A stretch of 64,000 bases of DNA. Source: Octopus vulgaris (Eukaryota). The number at the start of each line of letters is the position of its first letter. The stretch's first letter is position 1. The notes below the pieces were generated by a model that had not been told where the DNA came from, did no database searches, and saw only the letters and a list, made by a program, of their open reading frames with translations. Below, piece after piece: positions 57,538 to 64,000 of this stretch. Location: the NCBI GenBank assembly GCA_951406725.2, contig OX597839.1, forward strand, positions 16,616,001 to 16,680,000, read 5' to 3'. A program made the translations under genes and the position numbers.

Positions 57538-59663
57538 TTAATGGGTCAAAAAGATGTTCCATATGTTTGCCTGAAAAACTGTATCCTTTAAAAAAACCCA
57601 AGAACCTCCAGTGATTGTGTAATTACCAGGAGTGAGATTTTGTTTTCTTTATGTCCACTTATTAAAAAATACATGTTAGTGGAAATTAAAGATAAAACAC
57701 TGGGCACATCATAAGACTATTCCAGTGTTGGTTTATGTAAAAAGACCTGTTGAGGCAAGTGAAATCGGAATCGAAATCAAAATCGTTCAAAAATCAATAG
57801 AAATTGTAGTTGTGATGCCAGTGCCAGTGGCACGTAAAAGAACCATCCAAACCTGGCCGTTGCCAGCGCAGCCCTGACTGGCCTCCGTGCCGGTGGCACG
57901 TAAAAAGCACCAACTGATCGTGGCCGTTGCCAGCCTCGCCTGGCACGTAAAAAGCACCCACTACACTCACGGAGTGGTTCGCGTTAGGAAGGGCATCCAG
58001 CTGTAGAAACACTGCCAGATCAGACTGGGCCTGGTGCAGCCTCCTGGCTTCCCAGACCCCAGTCGAACTGTCCAACCCATGCTAGCATGGAAAGTGGACG
58101 TTAAACGATGATGATGATGATGATATTCAGTAGGTATTGGTTATTTAGAGTAAATTACTGTGATGTTAATTATCTCCTCTAAGTTTCTCTCTGTCTTCTA
58201 AATGTGAGCGCTCATTCAAATGTCAGTCGCATCAAACACAGTTACTAAACCATGTTGAACAGCTTGATAAATGAGGTAAAAAAATTAATATTGCAATCAG
58301 TGGCTGTATGGTAAAAAGCTTACTTCCAAACCATATGGTTCCGAATTCAGTCCCACTGTGTGGCACCTTGGGCAAATATCTTCTACTATAGTGTTGGGCC
58401 AACCAAATCCTTGTGAGTGATGAAAACTGAAAGAAGCCCATTGTGGAGGCACATGGTCTAGTGGTTAGAGCAGCGGACTTGCAGTCGAGGGATCGCTCGT
58501 TCGAATCTCAGACTTGGCGATCTGTGTGTTTATGAGCGAAACACCTAAGCTCCACGCGGTTCCGGGAGAAGGTAATGGCGAACTTCTGCTGACTCTTTCA
58601 CCACAACTTTCTCTCACTCTTTCCTCCTGCATCTTGCAGCTCACCTGCGGTGTCCCATCCAGGTGAGGAACCTATACACCAAGGAAACCGGGAAACCGGC
58701 TCTTATGAGCCAGGCATGGCTCGAGAAGGAACAAACAAAGTAGCCCATTATATAAATGTATAAAAATATATCTATGTGGTCTGTGTTTGTGTTTGTCCCC
58801 CCCCCTCCCACTACCACCACCACTTGACAACCAGTGTTAATGTGTTTATGTCCCCATTCAGCAAAAAGATTTTTTAAAAATGGGTCCTGGAGTCGATTCA
58901 TTTGACTAAAATTTTCTTCGAGGCAGTGCCCCAGCATAGCCGCTGTCTAATGACTGAAACAAATTAAAAGGTAAAAGAAATTATGACTTACCTTGTCTTT
59001 TACTACTTTTACTTGGTCAGTCTTTGTACTAAAAGTACATTAATTCCTGACTATTTTGAGAAAATAAAACACAAAAGCAAAAAAAAGCAGAATCCGTGTT
59101 TGTTAGAAATGAGGTCATGAGAGGATTGGCATAACGATCAAATGTGATTGATAGGAGAGGAAAAATTATATCCATTGCCAAAGAATTTCTCATTTCTGTC
59201 CTTCCCAGTATTCTTAATGTTAAGTCATGCATAACTATTCAGCGAATAGAGTTACAGGATATAGAAGCCTGTCATATATATATATATGTACACACACACA
59301 CACACACATAGTGGAGGCACAATGGCCCAGCGGTTAGAGCAGCGGACTCACGATTCTATGATCGCGGTTTCGATTCCCAGACCAGGAATTGTGAGTGTTT
59401 ATTGAGCGAAAACACCTAAAGCTCCACAAGGCTCCGGCAGGGGGTGGTGATCCCTGCTGTACTCTTTCCCCCCTCTTTCTCTCACTCTTTCTTCTGTCGG
59501 CCTGCTCGCTTAGCCAGTGGGGTGGCGTCATTTGAAGGCTAAAATAATGCGAAGTGCATTGAGATAGCAACATCTGATAGCCTGGTTGGTCACGTGATCA
59601 CGTGATATATATATATATATATATATACAATAATATACATACATACATATATATATATACAAA

Positions 59664-59704
<41 letters not shown>

Positions 59705-60689
59705 ACTGGTAGCACTTGCATGTGCAAGTTGTTTCTTCAAAAACTATGTCATTGTATGAAAAAAATTTATAACATTCTTCTGACATAATGACTCAAATAT
59801 ATATTTTTTAACCTTTTAAAACAAGCCTTCTGTAGTTTTTTCACTTTTTACTATTTTCTATATATATATATACATTAATATATATATATATGTATGTATG
59901 TATTTGTGTGTGTGTCTGTGTTTGTCTTCCCACCATCACTTGACAACTGATGTTGGTGTGTTTACATTTCCATAACTTAGTGGTTCTGCAAAAGAGACCA
60001 ATAGGATAAGTACTAGGTTTACAAAGAATAAGCATCCATAATTTGCCGAAAAATCTCTGGTGTGACTTTTAAGCCAAATGGTAACCTGTTGTATTTATAG
60101 AGTCCTTTATGTAGGCAATCATCATCATCATCATCGTTTAGCGTCCGCTTTCCATGCTAGCATGGGTTGGACGGGTCAACTGGGGTCTGTGAAGCTGGAA
60201 GGCTTCGTCAGGCCCAGTCAGATCTGGCAGTGTTTCTACGGCTGGATGCCCTTCCTAACGCCAACCACTCCGCGAGTGTAGTGGGTGTTTTTTACGTGCC
60301 ACCTGCACAGGTGCCAGACAGAGCTGGCGAACGGCCACGAACGGATGGTGCTTTTACGTGTCACCGGCACGGGGCCAGGCGATGCTGGCAACGGACACGA
60401 ACGGATGGTGCTTTTACGTGCCACCGACACGGGGCCAGACAGAGCTGGCAAACGGCCACGAACGGACGGTGCTTTTATGTGTCACCGGCACGGGGCCAGG
60501 CGAGGCTGGCAACGAACACGAACGGATGGTGCTTTTACGTGCCACCGACACGGGGCCAGGCAGAGCTGGCAAACGGCCATGAGCGAATGGTGCTTTTACG
60601 TATCACCGGCACGGGTGCCAGACGAGGCTGACAGCGGACACGAACGGATGGGTCACTTAACCCCTGCTTTCTGATATATGATTTGATTT

Positions 60690-62522
60690 TGATTGTTCTC
60701 ACTGGTCTTGCCGGGTCTTCTCACGCACAGCATACTTCCATAGGTCTCGGTCTCTGGTCATTTCCTTGGTGAGACCTAGAGTTCGAAGGTCGTGCTTCAC
60801 CACCTCGACCCAGGTTTTCCTGGGTCTACCTCTTCCACAGGTCCCCTCAACTGCCAGGGTGTGGCACTTTTTCACACACCTATCTTCATCCATTCTCACC
60901 ACATGACCATACCAGCGCAATCGTCTCTCTTGCACACAACATCTGATTCCTCTTAGGTCCAACTTTTCTCTCAAGGTACTTACACTCTGTCGACTATGAA
61001 CACTGACATTACACATCCAACGGAGCATACTAGCTTCATTTCTCGCGAGCTTACGCATGTCCTCAGCAGTCACGGCCCATGTTTCACTGCCATGTAGCAT
61101 GGCTGTTCGTACACATGCATCATACAGTCTGCCTTTTACTCTGAGCGAGAGGCCTTTAGTCACCAACAGAGGTAAGAGCTCCCTAAACTTTGCCCAGGCT
61201 ATTCTTACTCTAGTCGTTACACTTTCAGCACACCCACCCCCACTACTGACTTGGTCACCAAGATAATGGAAGCTATCAACTACTTCTAGTTTTTCCCCCT
61301 GGAAAGTGACGGAAGTTGTTTTCTGCAGATTTTCAGAGGTTAATGCTCCCGAGCATCTGCCACATACAAAAACCATCTTCCTAGTTAGCCTTCCTATGAC
61401 ATTGCTGCACCTCTTATGTGTCCATAGCTTACACTTGGTGCATCTTATAGAGTTTCTACCTACACCTTTTCTACAGATCGAGCAGGGCCATCTACCTGAA
61501 GGCGTTTGTGATTTGTCTACCTTCCTACTTATTAGGACTTTGGTTTTAGCTAGGTTGACTCTAAGGCCCTTCGATTCTAAACCATGCTTCCACACCTGAA
61601 ACTTCTTCTCCAGTTCTGATAATGACTCAGCAATTAGAGCAAGGTCATCAGCATAGAGGAGCTCCCAGGGGCATCCTGTCTTGAATTCCTCCGTTATTGC
61701 CTGGAGGACTATGATAAATAGGAGGGGGCTGAGGACTGAGCCTTGGTGGACCCCTACCTCTACCCGGAATTCTTCACTGTACTCATTGCCAACCCTCACC
61801 TTACTAGCAGCGTCCCTGTACATGGCTCGCACTGCTCTCACTAACCATTCATCTATCCCTAGTTTCCTCATTGACCACCATATGAGGGATCGGGGGACCC
61901 TGTCGAAGGCTTTCTCCATGTCAACAAAAGCCAGGTACAGGGCCTTATCTTTGGCTAGGTATTTCTCCTGCAGCTGCCTTACCAGGAATATAGCATCAGT
62001 GGTACTTTTCCCTGGCACGAAACCAAACTGCATCTCATCTAAACTAACTCTCTCTCTAATTAGTTGGCTTATGACCCTCTCTGTAACCTTCATCACCTTA
62101 TCCAACAGCTTGATACCTCTGTAATTATTTGTATCTAGGGCATCACCTTTACCTTTGTAGCAGTTGACTATTATGCTGCTACACCAGTCATTGGGTATGA
62201 CTCCTTCATGTATCACCTGATTCACTATACAGGTGACTAGGCTATAGTCGACACTACCAGATATTTTGAGCATCTCTGCAGTGATACCTGATGGGCCTGG
62301 GGCTTTCCCTGTCTTCATGCTTCTAATTGCCTTAGCTACTAAGGAACTATCAACCCTGATGGCTGGTCCCTCTGTTGGGTCAACGTTCGGCAGGCTCTCT
62401 TTATCCCATTCATTTTCTTTATTCAGCAACCTTTCATAGTGGCGTCTCCAAGCCTCTCTCTTTGCATCCTCGTTTAGCGCAAGTGAACCATCTTCCATGC
62501 GAACGCACTTCTCTCCCACCAC
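60690..62522 (-). mobile_element. RTE-clade LINE, 5' truncated, with an intact 607-aa RT ORF
   Basis: NYRGIKLL, QFGFVPG.ST.DAIF, FVDMEKAFD, GVHQGSVLSP, LYADD, LRWYGHV, GRGRPRKTW. Confidence 0.92.
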
Positions 62523-62619
62523 ATCACATCACACAATGCTATTCCTAAATCCCCCAACAGCTAGTGCTTCATTGTGGCAGGGGGCTGCTGCATTAAAAAT
62601 CTCTTGGCTAGAGGAAAGG

Positions 62620-63400
62620 CTTGTGATCCTCTTGTCATCACCCTTCACTTGGTTTTTGAACACGATGGGTGGGTAGAAGGAAGCTGTGTTGATGTGTCAG
62701 CCTCTCGTTTGGTTTATTGTAAGGCTTGTACGTACTGGAGCCCAAGTCGAGTGTGATGTCTAAGAAGTCCACGGTGGTGAAGTTGGTCTCAATAGTAATT
62801 TTCATTCCCATGGAGCCAACAGTGTTAATCAGATCTCTCCTATGCCTGTCTCGAGTGTGCTTGTTGCCTCCTTTAGAGATAACCAGAGTGTTGTCTCTGT
62901 AGAGACCGAAAAGGACAGCGGGGGAATTCCTTCTTAAGAGTATTGAGGATATACAACCTGATGAGGTCACATACACTAGAGCTGTCATAGGCTCCAATCA
63001 CTACATCAAAAGAGCTGATAGGGTCAGTTTATTTGACTCTAGTTGAACCTTTATTGAACAGCAGTGTTTTCCTGATTTGCATAATGGCATCTGTGTCCCT
63101 GTTGCTAATGTCAGTGAAGCCCCAGGTGAAGGAAAGTGCCTTGACCAGTAACCCTTTCAATATAGATGGGTAAAAATCAACTATGTCAAACTGGGTGAAC
63201 CTTGCTCTGCCTCTCCCCATGCTGGTATTAAACCATGAAATCACCTCGTTGGTGCTACACTATAGGGAGTGGTTCGTGGCTCTCCTCATGTCATTCTTGA
63301 TGTTCCTCAGCATGTGTTTACTTGCCAGGCTGATCTCAGATTATGCCTGGTTGATCAGGTGGAATTTGGAGTTTGAGACAATGTTCAGTTGAAATTCCTG
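62620..63400 (-). mobile_element. Penelope-like RT remnant
   Basis: FDIVDFYPSI, GLYRD, VDFLDITLDL..TYKPYNKPN in broken frames. Confidence 0.75.
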
Positions 63401-64000
63401 TTGATGTCCTGGGACCCACAAGCCATTGGGTCAATTATGGATAGCAGTCCAGTTTTGAATAGAGAGTAAGGATAGAATAAGAATATAATACAATAGTCAG
63501 GAGGAAAGACAGACAGATGGATGTAGTGGAGTAGATACATATGTATGTGATCACCATGACCGACCAGGCTATCAGATGTTGCTACACATCGCTGGTCACA
63601 ATGCGCTTCGCATTGTTTTAGCCTTCAAATGACGCCACCCCGCTGGCTAAGCGAGCAGGCCGACAGAAGAAAGAGTGAGAGAAAGTTGTGGCGAAAGAGT
63701 ACAGCAGGGATCGCCCCCCCCCCCCTGCTGGAGCCTTGTGGAGCTTTAGGTGTTTTCGCTCAATAAACACTCACAACACCCGGTCTGGGAATTGAAACCG
63801 CGATCCTACGACCGCGAGTCCGCTGCCCTAACCACTGGGCCATTGCGCCTCCACATATGTAAGTGTTGTTCATTATTACAACAGAAGCAATATTAGTCCA
63901 AATTAGCATTGTGTACATCTTACTCAACATGGATTTACTCCAAGTCACAACACTGCAGTGTTCATCACGAGATATGCATCAGTTCAACCCTTTAGCATTT

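Noticed and set aside
59311-59385. tRNA genes (also ~51075-51148, 56196-56260, 63780-63855)
   Set aside because: The tRNA-like heads run into SINE bodies or repeats and lack a proper acceptor stem.

Overview
AT-rich, repeat-dense animal DNA. The SINE/LINE/Penelope complement and very long (TA)n tracts look like octopus/cephalopod sequence; this is inference from repeat style only. Most ORF-track entries are microsatellite or antisense noise. One host gene runs across the + strand and is missed by the ORF track because it is split. It has 11 coding exons (9755-55135), all introns are GT-AG, and the phases join into a stop-free 1524-nt CDS (507 aa). The protein is an N-terminal RmlC-type (dTDP-4-dehydrorhamnose 3,5-epimerase, cupin) domain fused to a C-terminal RmlD-type (dTDP-4-dehydrorhamnose reductase, SDR) domain, with catalytic residues of both retained. 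It is a candidate bifunctional NDP-L-rhamnose / 6-deoxyhexose biosynthesis enzyme in an animal. Introns and flanks hold a gypsy LTR element with TSD, a Tx1/L1-like LINE nested in a MITE nested in a SINE, CR1 and RTE LINEs, Helitrons, mariner and piggyBac MITEs, a 117-bp SINE-head satellite, and Penelope-like remnants carrying several hammerhead ribozyme motifs.
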